Source: Octopus vulgaris (lineage: Eukaryota). Taken from it: a stretch of DNA of 64,000 bases. Both the position numbers and the translations under genes were made by a program. Positions within the stretch are counted from its first letter, which is position 1. Each line of letters opens with the position of its first letter. Positions 1 to 11,646 of this stretch are shown here, piece after piece. Location of the stretch: NCBI GenBank assembly GCA_951406725.2, contig OX597824.1, positions 39,618,001 through 39,682,000 of the forward strand, in the 5' to 3' direction. A model generated the notes under the pieces. The model was not told where the DNA came from, ran no database searches, and saw only the letters and a program-made list of their open reading frames with translations.

Positions 1-1420
1 AAAATGAGCTCATATGTGATCTATATCTAGCCTTAAAATCTACTGTGCTACCTATATAAAATTTATTTAACCTATCCTCGTCAATGACTACACATTTATA
101 TATAACGTTAGTAACTAGACAGGAACCATCTAAAGGGCATAATTCGGGGTTTCTACAATTACATTTCTTTCCGGGGCCTTTCTTAGTTTTATTTCTATTG
201 TTACCTTTACATTTTGTGTCTCCAGTTCTAGTTAAGTTTCCCTCTTTCATTGCATCAAATCTTCCCTTATTACATGGGTTCGATAGATCCGGTAAAGGCA
301 GACTGTTTGTACCATTGGCATTAGGCATTACAAAATTATTATACGCAGTTCCTTGGTCATCCACAAAAGAACTTTTCCAGCTATTCCGCCCAGCAAGCTT
401 GCTTCTATTGATTGATGCAATAATAGAAGCAAAGTTAGGCATTACAGAGTAAGAGAACTTGATCGCTCATTTGTTGCAAATGCTATAGTATTTATGATTC
501 TTTGGGAAGTTCTCCTTCAGAATTCTAAAAAACATTTTTGGTAAGTTCCTTACTCTAAGGGAGAAAGGGGAAGCGAACCAAACAACTTCCCTTATTCTAG
601 ACCGTGAACCTCCCGTTTTGTTTAACTCCTTGTCAAAATTATTAATTGTCTTATACCTGTACCTATTGCGAGTATCCCTAAACACATTACTACCCAAGGG
701 CTTCCTATTATTGCAGTTGGGGGGTTCCCTGCATTTATTCATAGTATTTGTGACGTGCTTAAATGGCAAACCAGCCATTTTGTTTTTGAGTCTAGTATTA
801 AGGATATAAAATATTTTAGATTTGAAACCACTTAATCTTAGGGCATTATTATACACCGGTGCATGCGGTTCAAAAATCTTTTCATTCGCAGATAAGTTAG
901 ATATTCTAGTTGAAATCGCCGTAACGATGCCGTCTATTGTGGATTTTGGGTGATTGGATGATACATTAATATATGATATTGATTTATTAGGCTTACGAAA
1001 GGGATAATAGAGACCGGTATTTAGACACAAGGTAACATCCAAAAAGTTTACCACCCTAGAATTAATGTCGAAGATGATGTCAAGATTAAAAAAGTCCCCC
1101 AAGAAGCTTCTCAGCGATTTCTTTAATCTGTTTAATTCCGTCTTCGTGAGGCCCAGCACGGCAAAAAGGGTATCATCCCTATACAATCCGCCAGTAAGAT
1201 GAGGGAAGCTTTTCTTAATTTCAGAGAGTAGATATAGGCCAACTAGGTCAGTCACCTGTGCAGAATCTGATGACCCCATGGTTATATCAAAATAATTATT
1301 TGAGTCGGCTCTCTGCCAGTCACTCTCGTTATAGGAGATAAGTGTTTCTCTTGCCGCCAAAATTACCCCAAAATATTTTGTCCTTATTAAACATTTTGTT
1401 CCTGATAAGAAGCAATCACT
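1..1420 (-). mobile_element. Penelope-like retroelement, Naiad-type, 5'-truncated; RT C-terminal half plus GIY-YIG endonuclease running off the window start
   Basis: ORF 467..1360 has RT motifs DITMGSSDSAQVTDLVGLYLL, GLYRDD, VNFLDVTL, YINVSSNHP. The same frame continues past a single TGA (467-469) as AIKFSYSVMPN...CNCRNPELCPLDGSCLVTNVIYKC...FYIGSTVDFKARYRSH to position 2. Confidence 0.9.
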
Positions 1421-1515
1421 GTATTATTGATACAGATATATATATGTAAACCGCGTGTGTACCGTTGGCGATTTTTTTCCTTCGTCTTCCCTTCTCTGGA
1501 TCTTTCCTTTTCCTA

Positions 1516-1553
1516 TGTTTCTGACGAAGAGTTCCGCTCGAAACGTTAAATCA
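1516..1553 (+). ncRNA. Minimal hammerhead ribozyme-like motif in a PLE pseudo-LTR remnant (about 1450-1652)
   Basis: CTGACGA (1521-1527), stem II gag/ctc, GAAA (1540-1543), palindromic AACGTT stem III; the remnant ends in (TA)n. A related decayed copy lies at about 50056-50095. Confidence 0.6.
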
Positions 1554-1652
1554 TCCTTCTTCCCTTCCTTCCTGATCGTCCAATAATACTATGTTTGTTC
1601 CACGTCCTCGCGTTGTTGTGTTTCCTCTTTGTGTTTTCATGTTTGGAATAAC

Positions 1653-1669
1653 TATATATATATATAAAG

Positions 1670-1741
<72 letters not shown>

Positions 1742-1903
1742 CTATCGTATATAACTTTACAATATCGTACATTTAAAGCCCTTATATTTACGAAATTACA
1801 CGTCATGTAGTCATACTTTCATCCCTCGCACTTCACTATATCAAACTGCCATTTCTGTGAACAATAATTCATATGTACATACATTCACACGCTCACACAC
1901 ACA

Positions 1904-1953
<50 letters not shown>

Positions 1954-1969
1954 TAGATAGATAGATAGC

Positions 1970-2002
<33 letters not shown>

Positions 2003-2100
2003 CACACACTCACACACACACGCATATATATATATATATATATACATACATACATACATACATACATACATACATACATACATACATACATACATACATA
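1653..2100. repeat. Compound microsatellites (TA)n, (ATAG)n, (CATA)n
   Basis: Directly visible; representative of dozens of similar tracts across the window. Confidence 0.95.
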
Positions 2101-3650
2101 CAAACATAACGCGCAACCAAGTAAATATTTTGCTATATAAATATGGTGAAGGAAAAAGTGACAGTATATTTACGAGGACATAATCGATGTGAGAAAACAA
2201 AATATATCTTGAGGTGGGAGAGTTGGAAGGAGGTGTTTTTGTGTTAAGGTAATTAATTTAAGTTTCCACATAATGATTATGTTTATAACTATATTCTAAA
2301 ACACGAACAAAATAACAATTGTGATTTAAAAAGGCATTGACACGTTATGTAATATTATTTGCTATTAAAATTAAATGTAAATGGCAGGAATGTGGGTTGA
2401 TGTAATCTTTTATAGATCATAAGAGAAACAGAAGAACGTCAAATATTTACGGGAAAGTGTTGAAATGCAATATGTCATTCTTTTAAATCGTATCTCCGTA
2501 AACAATGCGTATGTGGGTGCATGTGTGTGTGATAGCATTCTTGACAAGTACTTGGAGAGTGTATCTTATTAAAAGTCACCAAAAGTGCTTATTCCTGAGC
2601 AAGTATGTCTTATTGATACATAGTATCACAAAGCACAAAAAATATCGCAACAGGTGAAGATTGCGTAGTACGATGATGAAGTTTCTAGATCTAGATCTTT
2701 GATTGTTAGCTTCTTCAATAGTAAATACACTCGTCACAATATACTAGTAAATCCTAACTTTAAACTTATCGGTGTTGCGTTAATCTGGTAAGCTGGACGA
2801 AAAACTGAGATACGTAGGTATATGTACGTTCGTTTGAATGACCGCTAAGTGAGGGAAGGGAGTAAAAGTAAGGGAGTAAAAATAGCTCTTTTGTCTTAAT
2901 AAGGGTCAATCACACAGTAATTTCCCTTTGTATAACGATCGTTTTTCATAGCATTTTCCCGCTGGCCGGATAACTGAAGAGATGGCGGCGTGGATTCCAC
3001 CTCGGCATCCGAAACTCGAAGTTTTATCATGGCTACCGAATAATTGTCACATATTACATTTACAGATAAATTCATAATATCGAGGTCTCTTTCATTCTTT
3101 TGTTGTCTTACCATTTTTATCAATATATATATATATATATATATACATATCATCGATTACCTACAATTTCCAACACTACCAGTTAATGCAGTATCGAATT
3201 TCAATGTGACTTTATTGTATAATTTACTGTAATGAGCATCCATCCACAGCTAAATGAACAGAAACATTTCAGAATAAATGACTCGATCAGCGACCCAGGT
3301 TACGACATACGACCGGCAGATATTCTGTTTTCAGAGTTCGCTAAACGATCATATAGGTCGCCCGTTATTCTCACTCAAATCTATTGTAAAACGTCACTTA
3401 TAAATGTTACTTCTATATCAAAAGTGGTTTTTTGTCACTTAAGAGAGATTGTTAATAGGAATTTAATTGTCGTAAGCAAATAAACCAACAAAAATTACAT
3501 GTGGATAATAAACAGATTTGTTTGTTTTTTTAATTCAAATAATGTGAATACGAGAATTATATGAAGCAACTTTAGACACTGCAAAACCAGTTTCTTAAAT
3601 CTGCCGTTAATGAAATCTACAATTAGAAACAAAACCAATATCAACAGAAC

Positions 3651-3651
3651 G

Positions 3652-3733
<82 letters not shown>

Positions 3734-3745
3734 CAGTAGTAGTAG
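3651..3745. repeat. (GTA)n trinucleotide microsatellite
   Basis: Long GTA run; explains the poly-V, poly-T and poly-Y ORFs. Confidence 0.97.
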
Positions 3746-4182
3746 CCGGCATCAGCAGTAGGCGGCATACGGATAGCAAAACAAGCTGCTAACACAATCG
3801 CAATTCTAATAATCATAATGATAATGAATTTGAAAAAAAAGAAAAGGTATAATTATTAATTTCATTTCGAAAAGGAATCAAAAACTACAATCTGATAAAA
3901 GAAAAGAAAAATAACCAAATAGGAAGATGTCAATTTTGATTTCGATGATAAAATATTAAAAGACAATGATTAAAATGAAGACCGTTCGATGCAGAATAAA
4001 ACGATTTTCTTTTTAACATAGTGTTCTAGATTTTACTACTTTTACATAAATCCAGAATTCAGTTCATTAAAATGAATATCATTTAAAATAATCATCTTCA
4101 TCGTCTTGCTTTATGCGTAGCCAATACAAGAAGATAATAATTTAATGTAAACATTAATTTCATCAATATTGTTAAGTCTTTA

Positions 4183-4545
4183 AGGCGGCGAGCTGGCGGA
4201 ATCGTTAGCACGCTGGGCGAAGTGCTTAGCGGTATTTCGTCTGCCGCTACGTTCTGAGTTCAAATTCCGCCGAAGTCGACTTTGCCTTTCATCCTTTCGG
4301 GGTCGATAAATTAAGTACCAGTTACGCACTGGGGAGCGATGTAATCGACTTAATCCCTTTGTCTGTCCTTGTTTGTCCCCTCTGTGTTTAGCCCCTTATG
4401 GGTAGTAAAGAAATAGGTATTTCGTCTGCTGCTACGTTCTGATTTCAAATTCCGCCGAGGTCGACTTTGCCTTTCATCCTTTCGGGGTCGATTAAATAAG
4501 TACCAGTTACGCACTGGGGTCGATATAATCGACTTAATTCGTTTG
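4183..4545 (+). mobile_element. tRNA-derived SINE (family A, Meta-domain-like core) with internal duplication
   Basis: Head GGCGGCGAGCTGGCGGAATCGTTAG, B-box GAGTTCAAATTCC, core gtcgactttgcctttcatcctttcggggtcgataaattaagtaccag; core duplicated at about 4416-4545; many decayed copies elsewhere in the window. Confidence 0.85.
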
Positions 4546-5701
4546 TAACGATACTACCAGCTCGCCACCTTAAGAGTGATAAATATATCGGAAGATGGAA
4601 AGGAAAGGTGGATAGACATAAAAGAAGGAAGACATAGATAGAAGAATGGAAAGGTGGGAAAATATAAAGGACCCGAGGCTGAGAACATAAGGGAGGACAT
4701 ATGAAACTGCTACCAGTCAAGCAGAGAAAGAATGAGTGTAATAATGAACGTGAAGGTCACACAGTACTGCAAAATAAGGGGAGACAGAGAAAACGGGTAA
4801 TGAAGGGCGGAAAGTGGGGAGAGGAAAGTGTCGAACAAAGAGCAGAAAGAGTAGGGAAAGTCGATGCGAGAGAGGTGAGGAAAGTTAGGGAAGAAAAGAT
4901 AAGATAAAAGAGTGAGAGGAAAGAGAGAGAGAGAGAGAGAGAGAGAGGAGAAAGAAAAGATAGTAATAGTCGACCAAATTGAACAGAGGAAAAGTATAAG
5001 CTAAGTAACGAGAGAAATGAGGCAGATAGGTAGAAATATATTCATATAAATATAGGTATTGTAGAGAGAAGGGGTGCGCAGAATAGGAGAAAAGGATGGA
5101 GTATGGAAAAGCGGAAGGAGTAGACAAAAAACTATAGTGATTAATGTTGTGAAAGAGGAAAGAGAAACGGAAAGAAAAGAGGGAAGCAGAGAGAGAGAGG
5201 GGGAGGGAGTAAGTGGGGTCTGTCGCATCAAATATTACCCAATGTTTGGGGTACCACTGAGATTGGGAACAAAGGAAGGGTGCGTGGGGTTAAATTAAAA
5301 TATAAGTGTAAACATTGCACAGACAAAGGAAATCGTTAAAACGCACACACAAGTCGTTGACATGCTCGTCCCTCATCAGATATAGACCAAAAAGCCTTAC
5401 AATTTCGAGCCATTACATGCAGCATATATTTGTTAATTTTTTCAAGAGCATACACAGTCGTGAGCCCAACGGACATAAACACTCTTTCGACACAGACACA
5501 CTTTGAACTAACGGTACACACACGATATGACGGCTAGAAGCGGGAAGCGAACTACACCTGCACATAGCTGGTTACAACTTTCAGCAAAGTAGACTGGAAT
5601 TGCTACATATGATGTCTAAAAGGGATGCGAAACTATATACAATTAGATAAGCCCGGTGTTTTAAAATATTGAACAATTCCTCTGTGTGTGTGTGTGTGTG
5701 T

Positions 5702-5738
<37 letters not shown>

Positions 5739-5773
5739 TGTATATGGTGCTTTTAATACCTGTATTTGTGTAT

Positions 5774-5847
5774 GTCACTGGTCATCCCGAACGTCACTGG
5801 TCATCCCGAACGTCACAGGTCATCCCGAACGTCACTGGCCATCCCGA
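5774..5847. repeat. 19-bp minisatellite (gtcactggtcatcccgaac) x about 4, flanked by a 44-bp direct repeat (5637-5680 / 5880-5922)
   Basis: Directly visible tandem units. Confidence 0.85.
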
Positions 5848-6513
5848 TTGATTTCTTTTATGTTTAAATATATAAATATATACAATTAGATAAGTCCGAT
5901 GTTTTAAAATATTGAACAATTCGTCGTGGTCGTCTTATTTCTCTCTAACTATTACTTTGTTTTCCTTCTGTATACGATAAATAAATCCGAATATTGACAT
6001 GAAAGTTATTTAAACAAAATTTTGTATCGATATCCAGATTATATATGCTACCGACATTTCTGATAAGAAAACTTTATAATCTTTCTCTAATATTTTGATC
6101 TTAACACACAAAAAATCAATCTTATAGGGAAATTATTTCAATAGATCGTGATTCTATTAACTTCAATATTCTTTCAGTTTCATATCATGTTGTGTACGAT
6201 CGTATTTCATATAAAACTATGTTTATACATAATGTTATTTGTTTGGTTTTGACATGTAACATTATATGTAGAATAAATGAATATAATAAGTGAATTAAGT
6301 GCATAAAATCACATGATATTGTTACGTTTAGAATTACGGTAGTTTATAGAAGATAAGATATACCGTATTGATCGTACATACATAGGAAGGACACGAATAA
6401 AATCAAAGGTGCAGATGCAAGCAGAAATACATGCACAAAACGCACACATATTAATATCCGCATACACATGCATACACACATATATGCTCAATATACATAT
6501 AAATATCATACAT

Positions 6514-6592
<79 letters not shown>

Positions 6593-6837
6593 AACATATA
6601 CACATAAATACATACTCATATATATATAGAGGTTAAAGAAATTGGACACATCAAATATATTAGGTGCATGAAAATATAAAATGTGCATATATGTAAACGA
6701 GAGAAAGCAAAAAGTGGAAACTTTCAGACGATGAATAACGAATTTATATGTATAAATATACATTTATGTAAATATGTCCAAATTACATAGAGTACAAGTG
6801 ATAGAGAAATTTAAAGGGATGGAAGACAGGTATTATA

Positions 6838-6965
6838 AGTCCAACAACTGTTTCTGGAGTCTCGGCGACCCATGATAATGTTAGTAGATTTAGTCCATCA
6901 CAAAATGCGCCCGTATGGTTGCATTTAACATACGATGAGACGGCCTTTCGTCATCAGGGTAGAGG
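6838..6965 (-). ncRNA. Degenerate hammerhead ribozyme-like motif with very long stem II; probable 3' pseudo-LTR of the PLE at 8463-9068
   Basis: Minus strand CTGATGA (6957-6951) ... about 95 nt ... GAAA cagttg TT gg; stem I is weak. Confidence 0.4.
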
Positions 6966-7269
6966 ACAGCTTACATTTCAGATCTTAATGTAGAGAAGTT
7001 CAAAGATGGAATGGTTAAATGTGGAGAGCTACGTGGATTAAAAGGGGGACTTGAGGTTATTAAGACAGGGAACGGTAAGAGGAAGAAAGATAGTTCAAGA
7101 GGAGTGAGCGGTTAATAATGAGGGCTAGTAAGGGAGTAGTAATAGAGTTGGAGAGTAGGAAGGGGAATAGGAGGGTGGAATAGATACAGGGTGGGACAAA
7201 GAGGACGGATGTTTTGGAAAAAAATTCGCAAAATCATTAATTTTATCTGAAAAAAAATTGTATTGACAT

Positions 7270-7929
7270 TAACGTGTTTGTATTGAACTAACATTTGTCA
7301 AAATCAAGTGTGGAAAACAACATCCAACCTGTGGTGTCCGTTTTCATTGGTGCATTTCTGAAGGGGTTCTTGGAAGTTGGCTTCAACTCTCTCTAGCATT
7401 GCTCTCTGCATAGTCCCATGGTTTCAACTGTTGCCCAATAACGAATTTGTACAGGTTTAAATGTAGGGCTTCATGCAAAATATGCCTTACGGTCGATTAC
7501 CGATGCCAAGTTCAATGGAATACCTCCGAGCAGAGCGATTCGGACTCTGTATCAAAGCTTGTCTGACGCGTTCCACATTTTCCTCGGTCTGTACCGTTCG
7601 TGGCACCATTCATTAGTGTACCTCGTGTACGAATTGCCTTCACCCAACGTAAGATTATGTTAAGGGTGGGAACAGATGATTTCGGTGAATGTTGAAGTGG
7701 TGCCGAAACTCACGCTGAACTGCTGTGATAGACTCGTTATTCTTCACGCAACTATCTGTCGTAGGCAAACACGCAATGCTCTATCGTCTACAACGCCATA
7801 GCTTCACCTGAAACGAAGAAAATGCTAAGACACCGCGGACCAAATAGTACCTGTCGGATATATGTCCCTCCCTCTGGGGCTGAGTAATAGTCTTTCAAAA
7901 ACGTCCGTCCTCTCTACCTCATCGTGTAA
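7270..7929 (-). mobile_element. Decayed Tc1/mariner-family transposon (N-terminal HTH region) inserted in a PLE 3' UTR
   Basis: Minus-strand peptides VQREFRHHFNI, RTVQTEENVERVRQALIQSPNRSARR, LHLNLYKF..Q.LK typical of mariner-like transposase N-termini; frame-disrupted. Confidence 0.65.
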
Positions 7930-8462
7930 TATATGAATGGTAGTCTGTTATATTTAGTTGGTTGAGATAGTGAAAAAGGAATCGCAATTATTCAAGAGAA
8001 GTAAGATGTCTAGTTCAGTGGCAGAGGGGGATTACTAAGGTATGTAGAAGATAGAGGGTGGACAGAGTGGGGTTCAATTGGTGGTGAAGATAGCCGTGGT
8101 TAGTGGAATAATGACTGTGGGTTGGAATGGAGGGGAGTACAGTGGTATGCAGAGATGTATAAAATTGACTAGAGGGAAGTGAATAGTGAAGGGGGAGGGG
8201 TTGACAGGATAGTATCCAAAAGAGTGGGGTAGTATTAAGCGCTCTTGGTTGAGAAGGAGAAATGAGTGAAGGCCACTTTTGAAGGTGGGGAGGTTAATGA
8301 GGGAGATGGGATGTAGTAGGTTATAGGAATTTGCAAATGTAGCAATGAGAAAGAATAGTTTAACAAGGAGGTTAGTATTAAGTGAGATAGGAAGTTGCTA
8401 GGCTGGCTGACCTTGTCGTGCCTAAAGGTTAATTTTGAGTATGGATACTTATGGGTATGGGA

Positions 8463-9068
8463 TTACATTGATTTAATAAAATGTGCAAATGATGGGTAGG
8501 ACCTATGACAGTATTTATCCATGAATTTATTAAGTAATGAGGTGTTGTGGTGGCGAAGGATGGTTGGCGATTCTCTTAAACATAATTTACACATACTCAT
8601 GTTTGCGTTGTATGTGGGAGCCTCACTTACGATGAACCAGGGTAGGGTATAGGGAATATTTTGAAATTTAAGATTATGTATATAAGCTGCTACGGTGGTA
8701 GATAATTTAGGATTTGGATTGGAGAAAGAATTCATGTGTGTACGGTAGCAGCACTTGAAATCAACGGTGCCACTGATATAGACCCTTGCTTGGTAGGAGC
8801 GTGGTGTTATAACAGGTCACTTGTAGACTTCATTTTTACACAGGCAGAAACCTCCAAGAAGTCATAGTTGAGAAAACCGGAAATTACAAGTTTTCCTACC
8901 TGCTCTGTGGTTGAAGTTTACCGTTGGCGAGGTCAAACTCCGGTGGTCTGTTATTACTGAAGTGGCATCTATATCAGTATTGGATTGGAAGCGGGTATTA
9001 CTGTTGGTATATTTGGTGACATGAATAGAATTGTGGAAAGTCTTGTATTTTTTAATACTCGCACAAAA
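8463..9068 (-). mobile_element. Naiad-type PLE remnant: linker plus GIY-YIG endonuclease domain with two in-frame TGA codons
   Basis: One frame reads KTCNFRFSQL*LLGGFCLCKNEVYK*PV...VYISGTVDFKCCYRTHMNSF...W.IV...CKLCLRE...LLNK; collinear with the endonuclease of the copy at 2-466. Confidence 0.8.
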
Positions 9069-9505
9069 TTGCAGGCCTCAATAACTGATTTTGACTTTTG
9101 TCCCCCTGAAACAATAAAATCGGCCTCGATAAAATATAAGTATCGATTTAATCTAGAACAGCGTCCATAAAATATATGAACCTGTCATAATGTTAGTAAA
9201 CATTATTTGTTTAACAGTGTGCTCTTTACATCCAGAGTTCGAATCGCGCCGGTATCAAACTTAACTCTCACTACTTGAAGGTCGATAAAATAAAGTACTT
9301 GTCTAGTGATAGGGTCAATTACTCCACTCTCCTTAAAACTGCTCATCTTGCACCTAAATTAGAAACAATTACGTATTTTAACATAAGTCAAAGAGCAATA
9401 TTCTTGATCGGGGCTTTCTTGGGAAGGCTTCAATGTGCTTGTAGTATTTTTTCAGTACCAAAATTAAGAATTTGAATGAAGGAATAGAAAAATATTTAGA
9501 ACCAC

Positions 9506-9601
9506 GGGCATATGGCGTAGTGGTTAAGAGCGCGGGCTACTAACCCCAAGATTCCGAGTTCGATTCCAAGCAGTGACCTGAACAATACTACTACTACTAC
9601 T
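9506..9601 (+). mobile_element. Short tRNA-derived SINE with (ACT)n tail
   Basis: A-box TGGCGTAGTGG, B-box GAGTTCGATTCC, no intact acceptor stem, followed by a simple-repeat tail. Confidence 0.7.
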
Positions 9602-10819
9602 TCAGTAAAAATACTGTGACCAATACGGTTGCCCACAGTCTCCACAGAAATGTATAATTTAAAGCGTATTAGAATCAACAGTTAACTACTTTATATTACG
9701 TTCTGGATTGAATTTTGCCTTACTTTATTATTTATGGTAATGGCGTCGCCTTTCATCACTTTTCCTCCCATCGTGAAAATTAACTAAAAGTGAGAATATA
9801 TACACTGGAAATTAGTTTGTTAGATATATTTCGATATAGTTTTATAGATATAAGCTTTAACCTTCATCAACATTGTAATGTTGCTGGCATAATGAAGTGC
9901 GCCTAGCCGTCACTTGGGAAGGAGTGTGGTTTGGTAACATGTACCATGCTTTCTTTAAACGTTCTAGGTGCCAATGTAGTTGACACATGTACGCTCAACG
10001 ACTCCTTACTCATGATCCAGGGAACATCCAGAAAGTGACACCTGGAGGAAGTGAGGGTTGCACCAAAAACCTTGCTGGTATTCATTGTAGCTGAATAAGC
10101 TAAGGTGCCTTAAAATGAAATGCCTCTTTCAAAGATGCAGCGTGACGACTGGTACGAAAATTGAATCACAACCTTACGAACATGAAGCAAATATCTATAA
10201 CCAGTAGACCATGTGCCTTAACGAATGGCATATAAGGCACAATCTCTCTCTATATATATATCTATCTATCTACCTATCTATCTATCTAGCTAGCTCTGTC
10301 TTTCTCTCTCTGCCTCACTCTCTCTCCCTCTCTCACTCCGATTGATGTAGTCTTTAGTGAAGTATATACTTTAATGCAAAGCAATTGTGAACATTAATGA
10401 TAACAGAGTTATATTCTGTTCTTGTTTTCTCATGGATAATATTATTTCGAAGAACAATAAATCGTTATTTAAGGAAATGGAAGTAATTTGCTTCTTAAAT
10501 ATCAATATTTTAGTAGACAAATAAATAGGATTAGCCAATTATATAGTTAGAGTATAATGCGTCTAATGTTCCTATAAATAGAGAAGTAAAATAGAAAATA
10601 AACAGCACTAACGACAACAGCAAACAAGGATGGTAAACACCAGTGGCTGAATGATATTATAGACAAAATCAATCTCGTACATCATGCTTTAGATAAGATG
10701 ATCCTAGTTGTCTTTCTTTATTTCCATTACCACATTCTATTGCACCGCATAAAGCGCCATATTTGCAGTGTCTTGGCTCTTGCGAAACGCTTTTTATCAT
10801 AACAACGAATCTGAGGGCT

Positions 10820-11165
10820 AACTGAATCGGTAAATGACGTGGAATTTCTTCCGTCTTTAAGTTCCGAGTTCAAATTCCACTGCAGTTGCGTTTGCCTTTC
10901 ATCTTTTCGGGATGGATAAATTAAGTACCAATTGAGTATTGGGGACGATGTAATTGGATGGCTCCTTCACCAAATTCTCAAGCCTTGCGCCAATAGTAGA
11001 AAGGATTATCCTTACTACTATTTTTAAGGCGGCGAGATAGAATCGTTAATATGCCAGACAATTTTTTGGGACGATGAAATGAAGTACCAGTCAGGAACAG
11101 GTATCTTTGTTATCGACCAGCCCCTCCCCCTCAAAATAACTGACTTTGTGCCAAAATGTGATGCT
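10820..11165 (+). mobile_element. Two decayed family A SINE fragments
   Basis: gagttcaaattcc...tttgcctttcatcttttcgggatggataaattaagtacc, and a second head ttaaggcggcgag at about 11025. Confidence 0.6.
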
Positions 11166-11239
11166 GCTTTTATTGCTGTTGCTGTCTTCTTCCATTCAGG
11201 TCTCACGCCATTAGACACAAGCAATAATCTTTAATTCGA

Positions 11240-11646
11240 GCCTACTCTAAGCTACAAAGAATGCGTGCGGCAACTTGAAGATCCACCCACCACACGCATT
11301 TGACTGGTTGTTGCACCGACGCGAAAGCTACGTTGTTATCCTCATTCTGTAAACGGTGACTTTTAACGGGTGGAGAGCTGAACCATCCTTTCAGACTAGG
11401 ATCTGAAAGTTTACCACACCATAGTGGGTTACACCACGGTTCCTCTGCTTTGTGGCAGAAGTAGGAAGAAAGAGCAAAAGTTGTGGTGAAAGAGTACAGT
11501 GGGTGTTCACCCCCACCCCGCCGGAGCCTCGTGGAGTTTAGGTGTTTTTGCTCAATAAACACTCACAATGCCCGGTCTGGGAATCGAAACCGCGTTCTTA
11601 CGACCGCGAATCCGCTGCCCTAACCACTGGGCTATTGCGCCTCCAC
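11240..11646 (-). mobile_element. tRNA-derived SINE (family C)
   Basis: Head GTGGAGGCGCAATAGCCCAGTGGTTAGGGCAGCGG...GGTTTCGATTCCC shared with 13513-13803; 3' boundary approximate. Confidence 0.7.

Noticed and set aside
84-452. Plus-strand 122-aa ORF, and antisense ORFs at 59050-59796, 60721-61011, 61819-62358, 63057-63347
   Set aside because: Shadows of PLE ORFs on the opposite strand.
5774-5847. CRISPR-like array (also 16301-16523)
   Set aside because: Contiguous tandem units without unique spacers, eukaryotic context, no cas genes.
9078-9080. Third in-frame TGA (KVKISY*) extending the selenocysteine argument
   Set aside because: 9060-9150 resembles family A SINE core and tail on the plus strand, so PLE homology here is doubtful.
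9506-9583. tRNA gene with ACT anticodon loop
   Set aside because: No pairing acceptor stem and a simple-repeat tail; a SINE head.
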